Shown here: one piece after another, positions 10,257 through 20,104 of the stretch | Layout of the letters: each line of letters starts with the position of its first letter | Numbering within the stretch: position 1 is the first letter of the stretch | Position numbers and translations under genes: made by a program | Source: Rhodothermales bacterium | GTDB lineage: Bacteria > Bacteroidota > Rhodothermia > Rhodothermales > UBA10348 | DNA: 64,000 bases | Reading direction: 5' to 3' | NCBI GenBank assembly: GCA_028284865.1 | Contig: JANQQV010000020.1 | Span: forward strand, 368,760 to 432,759 | The notes under the pieces: model-generated | What the model saw: the letters and a program-made list of their open reading frames with translations, nothing else | Told to the model about the DNA's origin: nothing | Databases searched by the model: none

Positions 10257-10340
10257 TGCCCAGGAGAGGACTCGAACCTCCACGTCCTAATGGACACTAG
10301 GTCCTGAACCTAGCGCGTCTACCAATTCCGCCACCTGGGC
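10257..10340 (-). tRNA. tRNA-Leu (anticodon CAG)
   Basis: Reverse complement GCCCAGGTGGCGGAATTGGTAGACGCGCTAGGTTCAGGACCTAGTGTCCATTAGGACGTGGAGGTTCGAGTCCTCTCCTGGGCA forms a cloverleaf with a long variable arm. CCA is not encoded. Confidence 0.97.
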
Positions 10341-10385
10341 CTGTAGACTTCCGTTCCCGTCCGGAGAACAGCGAAACGGACGCCA

Positions 10386-10415
10386 ATGGTACGACAAAAA
10401 GCGGGCGCAGGTCAA
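10386..10415 (-). promoter_or_regulatory. Putative sigma70-type promoter of tRNA-Leu
   Basis: Minus strand TTGACC-N18-TACCAT about 45 bp upstream of the tRNA 5' end. Confidence 0.5.
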
Positions 10416-10585
10416 CCCGGATTCCTCTTTTCGCAACCCCTTCACGACTCATACGATACACGCAGAAGTCGGAACTGCTGGTGCTGTATGTCCGACAACC
10501 GTATCATTGCGGCGAGGCAAACGGAATGCACGCCTCGCCCTGATCGTCTCCGACTTGTAACCCTGCTCACCCCACTCTCGATCGC

Positions 10586-12802
10586 ATGCGTCGTCTATCT
10601 CCGCTCCTTCTGCTGATTCTCATTGTTTCGCCGGCCTTCGGTCAGTCGCAGATTCCTGAAGCTCCATCGTTCGAAGCCGTTTTCACCGATGCTGCTCCTC
10701 GCGTCGATGGTCACCTGGACGACGCAATTTGGGATCAGATTTCGCCCATGGATGATTTCGTCCAACGCTGGCCCAACGAAGGCGCCGAGCCGACAGAATA
10801 CAGCTGGGCAAAAGTGGCTTACGACCGCGACAACCTGTATTTCGCATTCAACTTCACGGACAAAGAGCCGCATTTGATCCGCGCCAAGAACATGGAGCGC
10901 GGCGGACGAAACGACCGCGACGATCACGCCTACATCGGGATCGACACCTTCCTCGATGGACGCAATGCCTTCCTGTTTGAGATGAATGCCCTGGGCACGC
11001 AGGATGACGCGCTTATCGCTGACGAGAACATGACAATCGACTCCTATTCGTGGGATGCCGTGTTCGCCAGCGAAACGCAGATCACGGACAAGGGATGGAC
11101 GATGGAAGTACGGATTCCTTTTCGCCAATTGCGATTCCCGGAGGGTGATGAACTGACATTCGGCCTGTTCATGCGTCGTACGGTCAACCGCAAGAATGAA
11201 ATCCAGAACTGGCCCCTCATCCCGCTTACCTATGGTTCGGGCTATTCGGACGACATGAAGACAGTATCCCGTTATGGGCGACTGACTGGCATCAAGAATA
11301 TTCGCCGAGGCAAGAACATCGAGTTCAAGCCGTATATCATTACCGGTGCACAGGAAGTCCGTCCCGATCTTCGCTTCGAGCGAACCGAGTCAGATAATAG
11401 CTACGATGCGGGATTCGATGTCAAGTACGGCATCACGTCCAACCTGACGCTCGACTTCACCGTCAATACGGACTTTGCCCAGGTCGAAGCTGACAATGCG
11501 CAGGTCAACCTGACACGTTTCTCCCTCTTCTTTCCTGAAAAACGAGAGTTCTTCCTCGAGCGTTCAGGCATCTTTGAGCATGGCGATTCCCGTCGCACAC
11601 AGACGTTCTTCTCCCGTCGGATAGGATTGACGGAGTCGATTCTGGCGGGGACACGGCTGACCGGACAGGTCGGACGCTTCAACGTCGGTGTATTGAACAT
11701 CGAAACGGGTCCGGCGGAAGGTACGCTGGGTGAAAAGCTCGGCCGAATCTTCGGCGATGAGTCGGCAAACAACGCCGTCGCACGCGTCCAGACAAACTTC
11801 GGCCGTCGAGGCTCGGCAGGTGTGATCCTGACCAGCTACGATCGCGGTGACGACTGGAACAGAGCCATTGGATTCGATGTGCGCCAGCGCTTCGGATCGG
11901 CATCCAGCGCCGATGTGTGGTTCACCAACGTGACGGACGACAATCCGGACCATGAGGACTGGGCAGGATCGGCAGCCGTCTCGTTCCGCAACGACATCTA
12001 CGGCGCCTCCCTCTCCTACACGAGCGTTGGTGAGAACTATCGCCCTGCGCTCGGCTTCGTACGCCGTCGCGACATGCGACAGACGATCAGTACGGCCACG
12101 TACTCACCGTTCTTCGATAATGGCCCATTCCGCCAGGGAACGGCCCACGTGATGGGTATTCACACGAATGGACAGGACGGTGAATTGCAGTCCTGGTCCG
12201 TGAATCCATCCATCGGGCTCACCTCCCAGGCTCGGATGCAGGTCCGCCTTTCAGGCTCCCATGAATTCGACCGATTGGAAAGTGGTTTCCGGATTCGTCC
12301 TGATGCTGAAATCCGTCCGGATGACTACACGTTTACGCGTATCGGTGCTCGCTTCAATACCGACCCCGGCAAGCGCCTTTCAGGTGGTGCCAACTTCGAA
12401 ACGGGTGGCTTCTATGGTGGTGACCGCTTTGACTGGGGCGTCAACGCCGGCTGGCGTCAGTCGAAATACCTCACGCTGGGTGCAAACCTCAGCAAGAGTG
12501 ACGTGGACCTGCCTATCGCGAACGGTGAATTCAGTGCTACCACGGCGTCTGTGGACATCCTGGCCAGCGTGAGCCGCAAGCTGTTCGCCAAGGCCCTGAT
12601 CCAGTATGACAACTTCTCGCGCGATGTGAATGCGAACATTCGCATCAACTGGATCCATACGCCGGGCTCGGACCTCTTCCTCGTGCTGAACACGTCCTGG
12701 CACGCTACCGGCGACAATGAGATGCTCTTCGACCCTCGTGCTGACTTCCTGATGAACAGCACGGTCGGGGTTGCCAAGCTCACGTATCTGATCTTGCTCT
12801 AA
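10586..12802 (+). CDS. DUF5916 family outer-membrane protein with N-terminal CBM9-like domain
   Basis: Signal peptide; PRVDGHLDDAIW, YDRDNLY and GWTMEVRIPF (CBM9-like); LDFTVNTDFAQVEAD, FFPEKREFFLE and FFSRRIG (DUF5916). Confidence 0.85.
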   Translation: MRRLSPLLLLILIVSPAFGQSQIPEAPSFEAVFTDAAPRVDGHLDDAIWDQISPMDDFVQRWPNEGAEPTEYSWAKVAYDRDNLYFAFNFTDKEPHLIRAKNMERGGRNDRDDHAYIGIDTFLDGRNAFLFEMNALGTQDDALIADENMTIDSYSWDAVFASETQITDKGWTMEVRIPFRQLRFPEGDELTFGLFMRRTVNRKNEIQNWPLIPLTYGSGYSDDMKTVSRYGRLTGIKNIRRGKNIEFKPYIITGAQEVRPDLRFERTESDNSYDAGFDVKYGITSNLTLDFTVNTDFAQVEADNAQVNLTRFSLFFPEKREFFLERSGIFEHGDSRRTQTFFSRRIGLTESILAGTRLTGQVGRFNVGVLNIETGPAEGTLGEKLGRIFGDESANNAVARVQTNFGRRGSAGVILTSYDRGDDWNRAIGFDVRQRFGSASSADVWFTNVTDDNPDHEDWAGSAAVSFRNDIYGASLSYTSVGENYRPALGFVRRRDMRQTISTATYSPFFDNGPFRQGTAHVMGIHTNGQDGELQSWSVNPSIGLTSQARMQVRLSGSHEFDRLESGFRIRPDAEIRPDDYTFTRIGARFNTDPGKRLSGGANFETGGFYGGDRFDWGVNAGWRQSKYLTLGANLSKSDVDLPIANGEFSATTASVDILASVSRKLFAKALIQYDNFSRDVNANIRINWIHTPGSDLFLVLNTSWHATGDNEMLFDPRADFLMNSTVGVAKLTYLILL

Positions 12803-12808
12803 ACGGAG

Positions 12809-12837
12809 TTGGGCGGCGGATGAAATCCGCCGCCCAA
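12809..12837. terminator. Stem-loop terminator between convergent genes
   Basis: TTGGGCGGCGGA-TGAAA-TCCGCCGCCCAA directly after the DUF5916 stop. Confidence 0.65.
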
Positions 12838-12883
12838 ACAGCTTCCGTCGAGGTCTCAACTGCGCGCACGAGCCGGTTTGGCG

Positions 12884-13297
12884 CTACTGGATGTTCGACT
12901 CTTCCTCGACAGACCGGAGATCTTTCGTCTTTGGATGAGTCGCCATCAGCTCTCCAGTGGGTTCATAGAAGGACAGGCTGACGATCTTCCCGTCTTCATC
13001 CCTGTTGAACTGAAACTCCGGGATGGAGTGGCCTCCCTGTGCTTGGACGACGGCTCCAGGTGGAATAACGATTTCGAATCGATCATCGCCGAGATATCCC
13101 AGCTCGACTGAATTCTGCATTCCCGTTCGGAAGTAAGTAAGCACGCCGTCGGCGAGCTGCACGTCGCGGCCTTCGTAGGATCCCTGGTATTCGGCTAGAT
13201 CAATCTTCTCTTCTTCAGCGTCCTGGGCGAGGACTGTGCCGGGAATGAAGGCAAGTGCCATCAGCACGGCAAACAGGATGGATGTGAATCGATACAT
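12884..13297 (-). CDS. Small secreted protein resembling the stand-alone C-terminal beta-domain of S41/serine hydrolases
   Basis: Signal peptide MYRFTSILFAVLMALAFIPGTVLA-Q; LAEYQGSYEGRDVQLADGVLTY...LGDDRFE...FQFNRDEDGKIVSL. Confidence 0.6.
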   Translation of the reverse strand: MYRFTSILFAVLMALAFIPGTVLAQDAEEEKIDLAEYQGSYEGRDVQLADGVLTYFRTGMQNSVELGYLGDDRFEIVIPPGAVVQAQGGHSIPEFQFNRDEDGKIVSLSFYEPTGELMATHPKTKDLRSVEEESNIQ

Positions 13298-13402
13298 CGT
13301 CAGTGTTGGAATGGTTGTGGTTGATACCACCCCACAATATGACCGCAACATGCGCGTTAACCTGACGAATACCTCTCGGAAACCAGTTTTTCCGCCGTTG
13401 TT

Positions 13403-14179
13403 ATGGAATCGTCAGCTTCTCCCTCGGGCTCATCCCCCTTCACGCCTTTCATTCTAGGCGGTGTCCGCGTAGATCCCGGTCTAAACGCTGTGTCGTGCGG
13501 GTCTACTATCGTCACGCTCGAACCTCAGGTGATGCGTTTATTGCTTTTTCTGAGCGATAACGTGGACGCCACGTGCAGTCGTGAGAATATCATGAGCTCG
13601 GTGTGGCCTGAGAGCGAACCCAATGAGGAAGCCCTCACCCAGGCCATTTCGAAACTGAGGAAGGCGCTTGGCGATGCTGATCGCTCAATCGTCACGACTG
13701 TCCGCAAGGTGGGCTATCGATTGAACGGGCCCGTGACGCGAGACAACGCGATCGAGGGAGAAGGCGAAGACATTGAAGCTGCTTCTCGCACGGATTCCCT
13801 TGTCACCGATGACTCGCCGCCGGCGAATGAAGACCGGGCCGCCAGCGGCAGCTTGCGTCGCGCACTTACCCCTAGACACTGGATTTGGAAAGCGGCTGCA
13901 GTAGTCCTCGTTGGCTTCGCCATCAGCCGGTTCAAGGTCGTGGCCGTTCATCATGACGGCGTTGATGGACCGCGTATGGTCGCTGTTCGCATGATGGACG
14001 ACGGCACCATGATCCGGTCTCACACGATCACGATTGATGCTGACTCTCTGGACGGACAGACGATGTCGTGGACGGCGAAGAAGTCGATTGTCCTTCCCGC
14101 AGATGCTACCGTTCTTCCGGAGCTTCCGCTGCACATAATGGAATTCGAAATCGAACGGGACGGTGAAGAATCTGACTGA
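13403..14179 (+). CDS. CadC/ToxR-like membrane-anchored winged-helix transcriptional regulator
   Basis: LEPQVMRLLLFL, SRENIMSSVW, LTQAISKLRKALGD and TVRKVGYRL (Trans_reg_C), then a linker, one TM helix and a short exported domain. Confidence 0.85.
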   Translation: MESSASPSGSSPFTPFILGGVRVDPGLNAVSCGSTIVTLEPQVMRLLLFLSDNVDATCSRENIMSSVWPESEPNEEALTQAISKLRKALGDADRSIVTTVRKVGYRLNGPVTRDNAIEGEGEDIEAASRTDSLVTDDSPPANEDRAASGSLRRALTPRHWIWKAAAVVLVGFAISRFKVVAVHHDGVDGPRMVAVRMMDDGTMIRSHTITIDADSLDGQTMSWTAKKSIVLPADATVLPELPLHIMEFEIERDGEESD

Positions 14180-14206
14180 CCCCTTTGATGACTCAGGGAT
14201 AAACAG

Positions 14207-14244
14207 AACGAGCGGGGCGCAGCTGATGCTGCGCCCCGCTCGTT
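14207..14244. terminator. Rho-independent terminator
   Basis: AACGAGCGGGGCGCAGC-TGAT-GCTGCGCCCCGCTCGTT(TT) between convergent genes. Confidence 0.8.
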
Positions 14245-14263
14245 TTAGCTACCTCATTTACGA

Positions 14264-14821
14264 TCAGTCCGTCGATTCCTCCGGAATGAATCGCGTCATG
14301 CGCATGATGTCGTCCGAGAAGAATCCCGGATCGCCCATGTGTCGCTCAACATACTGACGGACGTCCCGCGAGCGAGTCATTTGTGCCATGGCATCGCTGT
14401 AGTGAGCATCCTCAATGCCGCGGATCAGCAGGACATCGGGAGATTCGAGCTCATACTGGAAAAAGAACCACTCTCGACGATCATCCTCGTCACAATTGAC
14501 GCACTGCATGTTGGCAAACAGATAGGTGTCCAGATCGGACGAGAAGACACGCATACGAGCGGTGTCGTCTTCGTCGTCCTGGGTCTCCCATTCGACATAG
14601 TACTCGTGGTCATTGAAGGCCCAGATCCGAAGCCACGCCGCGTCGTCGCCTTCGCCAGCCGCGTACCACGTACCGGTTACGGCCATATCGACCGCCATTT
14701 CGTCTGGTTCGCCAAGAGGCGCACCTGCCCCCTCGCATCCAGTCAGGACAAGTCCTGCAATCAGAAATGAGGTCAACGCCAGCCGGCGAACGAAGGAGTG
14801 ATGGGTGGAAGTGAAACTCAT
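14264..14821 (-). CDS. Hypothetical lipoprotein
   Basis: Lipobox VLTGC followed by an acidic beta-rich domain with AVTGTW. Start set at MSFTS. Confidence 0.65.
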   Translation of the reverse strand: MSFTSTHHSFVRRLALTSFLIAGLVLTGCEGAGAPLGEPDEMAVDMAVTGTWYAAGEGDDAAWLRIWAFNDHEYYVEWETQDDEDDTARMRVFSSDLDTYLFANMQCVNCDEDDRREWFFFQYELESPDVLLIRGIEDAHYSDAMAQMTRSRDVRQYVERHMGDPGFFSDDIMRMTRFIPEESTD

Positions 14822-14960
14822 GAACAAACATCCGCCCTGATTGGGGCATTGGTTATACGGTTCCACTCACTAAGCCGCTAACGTCGCTTCAGCGGTAACC
14901 CCCCACGGGAGAATTCATCCAGGAGCGTTGTCCGGGGACGAATCGAGCCACTAGGTCCGA

Positions 14961-15344
14961 CTAGTCTTTCGCGAACGGGCCGAAAGGGATGTCTTCCTTG
15001 TGCAGCCAAAGCGTAACAGCGCTGCAGATGGTGACGACAATGGCCATGCCGAAAAGCGTACCGCCATCTCCCTGTACTTCGATGCCGAGGACGAACAAGT
15101 GGCTGAGAATGGCTCCAGCCATGACGCCGAGCGCGATGCCTGCCCCCATCCAAGCACGAGACGGTACCAACAGTAGAAGGCCAGCTACGAGTTCGACTAT
15201 TCCGCTACCAATGCGGCCCCACGGTTCGGCTCCCATCTGCTCGAAAATCCATACGCTCTCGGGCGCTCCGGTGAATTTGAAGAACAGAGTCTGGAGGAGA
15301 ATGACCGCAGCGACGATTCGAACGATCCAATCAAGAGCTTTCAT
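14961..15344 (-). CDS. DoxX-family membrane protein
   Basis: RIVAAVILLQTLFFKFTGAPESVWIF...EPWGRIGSGIVEL...MAGAILSHL. The longer ORF in the track runs through tRNA-Asn, so the start was moved to 15344. Confidence 0.85.
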   Translation of the reverse strand: MKALDWIVRIVAAVILLQTLFFKFTGAPESVWIFEQMGAEPWGRIGSGIVELVAGLLLLVPSRAWMGAGIALGVMAGAILSHLFVLGIEVQGDGGTLFGMAIVVTICSAVTLWLHKEDIPFGPFAKD

Positions 15345-15443
15345 GGAAGTGACGGGATGGTGATGATTGACGGGTTCATGCAACGAGCTTGGGTGTCCCT
15401 TCTCGGAAATCTGTTGCAGAAGTTGAAAAGGTCGCAAAGAGGG

Positions 15444-15474
15444 TTGTCCTCTGCAAAACAACGTCCTATCTTTG
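15444..15474 (+). promoter_or_regulatory. Putative Bacteroidota-type promoter (-7 TAnnTTTG) of tRNA-Asn
   Basis: TATCTTTG at 15467-15474, 28 bp before the tRNA, with TTG at 15444-15446. Confidence 0.45.
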
Positions 15475-15502
15475 CGCCCGCTTCCGCTACTACGAAGCAC
15501 AC

Positions 15503-15577
15503 TCCTCGGTAGCTCAGCGGTAGAGCATGCGGCTGTTAACCGCAGGGTCGTAGGTTCGAATCCTACCCGGGGAGCCA
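15503..15577 (+). tRNA. tRNA-Asn (anticodon GTT)
   Basis: TCCTCGGTAGCTCAGCGGTAGAGCATGCGGCTGTTAACCGCAGGGTCGTAGGTTCGAATCCTACCCGGGGAGCCA; canonical cloverleaf with encoded CCA. Confidence 0.97.
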
Positions 15578-15618
15578 AGAAAGGCAGACCAGCATTCGCT
15601 GGTCTGCCTTTCTTTTTT
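15578..15618 (+). terminator. Rho-independent terminator of tRNA-Asn
   Basis: AGAAAGGCAGACCAGC-ATTC-GCTGGTCTGCCTTTCT followed by a T-tract. Confidence 0.9.
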
Positions 15619-15758
15619 ACAGGTAGGGAGATCGGCATTCGCCGGTCTCCTTTTTTGTTTAATGGAAGGGTCGAGAGCTGTACCCGAGCGAAGGATATCC
15701 CCTCCGCCCCCTATCTTCCAGAATCACAAACCCTTCGGTTCCTACCCAAAACTCCGGA

Positions 15759-18059
15759 ATGGAGTCTTCGACTTCCACTGACACCTCCAACTCGACAGCC
15801 ACGAACGCCGATTCAGGCTCGTCCCGGGGCGATTCTGCCAATCTGAATGGCGGCCACGGGTTCGGAACGCTTCCCGTTTTCTTTGCGGGTATCAGCACGA
15901 TTCTCGGCGCAGTCATGTTTCTGCGGTTCGGGTATGCGGTTGGAAACGTAGGCTTGCTGGGCGCACTGGCCATCATTTTCCTCGGACACCTGGTCACAAT
16001 CCCGACCGCCCTGGCCATTGCGGAGATTGCCACCAACCGGAAGGTGGAAGGCGGCGGTGAGTACTTCATCATCTCCCGCTCGTTTGGTACCTCGATTGGT
16101 GGGGTAATCGGAATCTCGCTTTTCCTGTCCCAGGCGGTGTCGGTGGCCTTCTACATGATCGCCTTCGCCGAGGCGTTCAGTCCGGCTGCGCCGTGGATTG
16201 AGGAGACGTTGGGCTTCGGCTATGACCCGCGATTGATCTCCTTACCAGCTACCCTGGCCTTGATCGGTCTGATGCTTACAAAAGGCGCTGCTCTTGGCGT
16301 CAAGGCGCTCTACACGGTGGTGGCGACTCTTACGCTATCCCTGATCATGTTTTTCCTGGGCTCGCCCGTCGAGGGATTTGACCCCTCTCAGGTCAGCCTT
16401 TCCAGCGGTCTGGCAGACGCCGATCCATTCTTCCTCGTGTTCGCTATCGTCTTCCCTGCATTCACGGGAATGACGGCCGGCGTCGGACTTTCTGGAGATC
16501 TGGCAAACCCTCGAACCTCCATCCCACGCGGTACGCTGGCCGCGACGGTCGTGGGCATGCTGGTCTACATCTTCATCGTGTTCAAGCTGGTCTATTCGGC
16601 GCCCGCAGAATTGCTCGACTCCGACCAGCTAGCCATGTCCCGCATCGCAGTCTGGGGCCCCATCATATTCATCGGGCTGGGTGCGGCTACCCTCAGCTCG
16701 GCCATCGGCTCCATTCTGGTTGCACCGCGCACCCTGCAGGCGCTCGGTGGTGATGGCAGCGTTCCGTTCCGCAGTGCGAATCCATGGCTGGCAGCCGGTA
16801 ATGGTCCGGTCAACGAGCCACGAAATGCCACGCTGGTGACGGGCGCCATCGCCATGGTCATCGTGCTCCTCGGAAACGTGGATATCGTGGCGCGGCTGAT
16901 ATCCATGTTCTTCATGGTGACGTACGGTGCTCTCTGCGCCATCAGCTTCCTGGAGCACTTCGCAGCACGTCCCTCCTATCGACCGAGCTTCCGCTCACGC
17001 TGGTACATCAGTTTGTTTGGAGCCGTCATGTGTGCGCTGATGATGTTCCAGATGGATCCCATCTTCGCGCTGGCGGCCATCCTCGTCATGACAGGGCTCT
17101 ACCAGGTCGTCAAACGCTCTCACGTTGGCTCAGACGACCTCGCTGCCATGTTCCAGGGTGTGATGACACAGACATCGCGCTACATGCACATCCGGCTGCA
17201 GCGTCGTCGCAGGCGGGTCAATGACGATGAGTGGCGGCCGAGCGTCATCATGGTCAACGACAGGACGTTCGACAGACGCAGCCCACTCGAGTTCATGCGA
17301 TGGATGTGTCATCGCCACGGATTCGGGACGTATCTGCATTTCATCAAGGGGACGCTGAATTCGAAGTCGTACCGCGAGGCCCAATTGGTCCAAGCCAAGC
17401 TGGTCAAGATGGCCCGTACCCAGAAGTCACCGGTATACATGAACACGATCATCAGTCCTTCGATGATCAGCGCGCTGGCGCAGAGTCTTCAGGTACCTGG
17501 GGTTTCCGGACTCAGCAATAATGCGGTGATGTTCGAGTTTTCGCAGAACGATCCGCCCGAAGTTGTCACCGATGTGGTTAAATGGTGTGATTTCGCCGCA
17601 TCCACCCGGATGACGCTCATGGTATTGCGCCACGGCGACCTGCATTTCGGCGAACACAAGACCATCCACATCTGGCTCACCTGGAACGATCAGGAAAACG
17701 CCAACCTGATGATCCTGCTCTCCTACATCCTGCTGGGACATCCGGCCTGGAATGAGGCTGAAATCGAGGTATTCGTGGCCCTTCCAAGAGATCAGGTCGA
17801 TGAGCGTCGCGAAGAATTCGAACGCCTCATGACACAGGGCCGATTGCCCGTTTCGGAGAAAAACATTCGCTTCTTCCCCACCAACAACGTGGATGCTTTC
17901 CGACGACTGGTTGTGCGCTATTCCGGCTCGGCCGACCTCACCGTGGTCGGATTCGACATGGAAGGTCTCGAGGAACGCAAGGAAGACGTGTTCCGGAATC
18001 ACCCTGATCTGGGTGATATCCTCTTCGTGCACACGCCGCGCCAGATCGCGATGGAATAG
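15759..18059 (+). CDS. Cation-chloride cotransporter (SLC12/CCC family, APC superfamily)
   Basis: ISTILGAVMFLR, GGGEYFIISRSFG and FAIVFPAFTGMTAGVGLSGDLANPRTSIPRGT motifs, plus a long cytoplasmic C-terminal domain (WRPSV...IHIW). Confidence 0.85.
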   Translation: MESSTSTDTSNSTATNADSGSSRGDSANLNGGHGFGTLPVFFAGISTILGAVMFLRFGYAVGNVGLLGALAIIFLGHLVTIPTALAIAEIATNRKVEGGGEYFIISRSFGTSIGGVIGISLFLSQAVSVAFYMIAFAEAFSPAAPWIEETLGFGYDPRLISLPATLALIGLMLTKGAALGVKALYTVVATLTLSLIMFFLGSPVEGFDPSQVSLSSGLADADPFFLVFAIVFPAFTGMTAGVGLSGDLANPRTSIPRGTLAATVVGMLVYIFIVFKLVYSAPAELLDSDQLAMSRIAVWGPIIFIGLGAATLSSAIGSILVAPRTLQALGGDGSVPFRSANPWLAAGNGPVNEPRNATLVTGAIAMVIVLLGNVDIVARLISMFFMVTYGALCAISFLEHFAARPSYRPSFRSRWYISLFGAVMCALMMFQMDPIFALAAILVMTGLYQVVKRSHVGSDDLAAMFQGVMTQTSRYMHIRLQRRRRRVNDDEWRPSVIMVNDRTFDRRSPLEFMRWMCHRHGFGTYLHFIKGTLNSKSYREAQLVQAKLVKMARTQKSPVYMNTIISPSMISALAQSLQVPGVSGLSNNAVMFEFSQNDPPEVVTDVVKWCDFAASTRMTLMVLRHGDLHFGEHKTIHIWLTWNDQENANLMILLSYILLGHPAWNEAEIEVFVALPRDQVDERREEFERLMTQGRLPVSEKNIRFFPTNNVDAFRRLVVRYSGSADLTVVGFDMEGLEERKEDVFRNHPDLGDILFVHTPRQIAME

Positions 18060-18106
18060 TCAGGTGAACTGACGCGGGTGATACGCTCGTCACGCGAATC
18101 CTCAGA

Positions 18107-19897
18107 TCAGGACAGGCCGACCGTCTTTCCGTCCTCATCGATGTCGATGCGCATGAACGCCGGAATGGCTGGGAGGCCCGGCATGGTCATCATGTTGCCA
18201 ACCAGCGGATAAATGAACCCGGCACCCGCGCTCGCCCGAACTTCTCGAATCGGCAATGTGAATCCTTTCGGCGCACCTTTCAGAGTCGGGTCATGAGACA
18301 GTGAAAGGTGGGTCTTGGCCATGCAGATCGGGAGGTTGCCGAATCCCCCATCCTCATAGGCCTGGATCTGCTGATTCGCTTTCGCCTCGTACGACACACC
18401 GTCAGCTCCGTACACCTCGCGCGCGATCAATTCAATCTTCTCCTTGATGGACAGTTCGACGTCGTAAAGAAGGCGGAATTCGTTGGGCTGCTGTCCTGCC
18501 TTGACGACGGCACGCGCCAGGTCTTCTGCACCCTCACCTCCCCTGACGACGTGATACGAAGCTACCGCATCAGCAGCGCCCGCTTCGATCGCAGCGTTGC
18601 GCACCATGTCGATCTCGGCCTGCGTATCGGTTGGAAATACGTTCACCGCACACACGACGGGGACCCCGAACTTGCGCGCGATTCCGATGTGCGCCTTGAG
18701 GTTGGACAGGCCCGCCTCGAGTAGTCCGAGATTCTCCTCAACATACTCGCGAGGCAGATCCCAGCCTGCAACCACCTTGGAGCCGCCCCCGTGCATCTTC
18801 AGCGCTCGAATGGTGGATACCAGCACCACGACGTCAGGCGTCAGACCCGATGCCCGGCATTTGATGTCGAAAAATTTCTCCATGCCGATATCCGACCCGA
18901 AGCCCGCTTCCGTGACCACGTAGTCCGCGAGCTTCAGTGCGACCTGGTCCGCAACCACGGAATTCGTACCGGTCGCAATGTTGGCGAAGGGTCCCGCGTG
19001 CACGAAGGCCGGCTGACCTTCCAGGGTCTGCATGAGGGTAGGATTGATGGCCTCCTTCATGAGGACCGTCATGGCCCCTGCCACTCCCAGATCTTCGGTG
19101 GTGACCGGCTCTCCTGTGTGGCTGTAGGCCACGACAATGCGACCAATTCGCGCTCGCATGTCTTTGAGCGCGTCCGCGTACGATTGTCCGGTGACCAGCG
19201 CGAGGATGGCCATGATTTCCGAAGCCACGGTGATGTCGTAGCTGGCTTCGCGCAGGAAGCCATCGGCTTTCCGACCTTGACCAATAGTGATGTCACGCAG
19301 CGAGCGATCGTTGGCGTCGACAACGCGATTCCAGGTGATGGAATGTGGGTCGATATCCAGACGCGGCAATCCATCCGGGCGTTCGTCGCTCTGGGTCCGC
19401 TGCTTCCACCGATCTCCCGGATAATTGCGCTCGTGCATCATCCGGGTGTCGAGTGCGGCGGCGCACAGATTGTGCGCCGCCGTGATGGCGTGAATATCGC
19501 CCGTGAGGTGCAGGTTGAAGTCTTCCATCGGAATCACCTGCGAATATCCCCCTCCCGCTGCGCCACCCTTGATCGAAAAGGTGGGCCCCATGGAAGGCTG
19601 ACGCAGACAGACAATGGATGACTCACCAATCTGGCCGAGGCCTTGCGTCAGGCCAACAGCAGTGGTGGTCTTGCCTTCACCCAATGGTGTGGGTGTGATG
19701 GCCGTCACGACGACATATTTCCCGTTCTCACGATCCCGAAGCCTGCTGATCACGTCGAGGTGCACTTTGGCTTTCTGCGTCCCGTACGGGATCAGTTCTT
19801 CTTCCAGCAAGCCCATGCCTTCGGCGACCGAGCTGATCGGCTTGATGTCGGCCGCCTGGGCGATGTCGATGTCAGAAGGAAAGGGCTTCGAACTCAT
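18107..19897 (-). CDS. fhs: Formate--tetrahydrofolate ligase
   Basis: [44 protein letters not shown] and [11 protein letters not shown] motifs. Start at MSSKPF. Confidence 0.97.
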   Translation of the reverse strand: MSSKPFPSDIDIAQAADIKPISSVAEGMGLLEEELIPYGTQKAKVHLDVISRLRDRENGKYVVVTAITPTPLGEGKTTTAVGLTQGLGQIGESSIVCLRQPSMGPTFSIKGGAAGGGYSQVIPMEDFNLHLTGDIHAITAAHNLCAAALDTRMMHERNYPGDRWKQRTQSDERPDGLPRLDIDPHSITWNRVVDANDRSLRDITIGQGRKADGFLREASYDITVASEIMAILALVTGQSYADALKDMRARIGRIVVAYSHTGEPVTTEDLGVAGAMTVLMKEAINPTLMQTLEGQPAFVHAGPFANIATGTNSVVADQVALKLADYVVTEAGFGSDIGMEKFFDIKCRASGLTPDVVVLVSTIRALKMHGGGSKVVAGWDLPREYVEENLGLLEAGLSNLKAHIGIARKFGVPVVCAVNVFPTDTQAEIDMVRNAAIEAGAADAVASYHVVRGGEGAEDLARAVVKAGQQPNEFRLLYDVELSIKEKIELIAREVYGADGVSYEAKANQQIQAYEDGGFGNLPICMAKTHLSLSHDPTLKGAPKGFTLPIREVRASAGAGFIYPLVGNMMTMPGLPAIPAFMRIDIDEDGKTVGLS

Positions 19898-19963
19898 GGT
19901 ATGGTGTGCTGGGTGGTCGGGTACGGATTCTCGACGGCCAAAAGTCGGCCAACGGCCATGGGG

Positions 19964-19992
19964 TGTATAGCGTTGCGTTGCAAGGCACGCAA
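19964..19992 (-). promoter_or_regulatory. Putative sigma70-type promoter for fhs
   Basis: Minus strand TTGCGT-N17-TATACA about 65 bp upstream of the fhs ATG. Confidence 0.45.
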
Positions 19993-20104
19993 GCTTACGT
20001 CTTTTCCACGTCGAAGACTGTAGGGAATCCAACCACAGTATCCGGAAGTCGCCAACACAGGTCAGGATTCCCTTCTAGCGGAAGCTGCTGCAGACCGGAC
20101 TTGC

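Noticed and set aside
10257-15618. Genomic island integrated at tRNA-Leu or tRNA-Asn
   Set aside because: There is no integrase and I saw no duplicated tRNA 3' end; each tRNA is followed by an intact terminator.
15345-15638. N-terminal extension of the DoxX ORF (225 aa in the track)
   Set aside because: It runs antisense through tRNA-Asn; the real start is MKALDW at 15344.
19898-20104. ZTP/THF riboswitch or SRP RNA upstream of fhs
   Set aside because: Conserved cores were not matched by eye. The GTCAGG...GGAAGC similarity to SRP has the wrong spacing.
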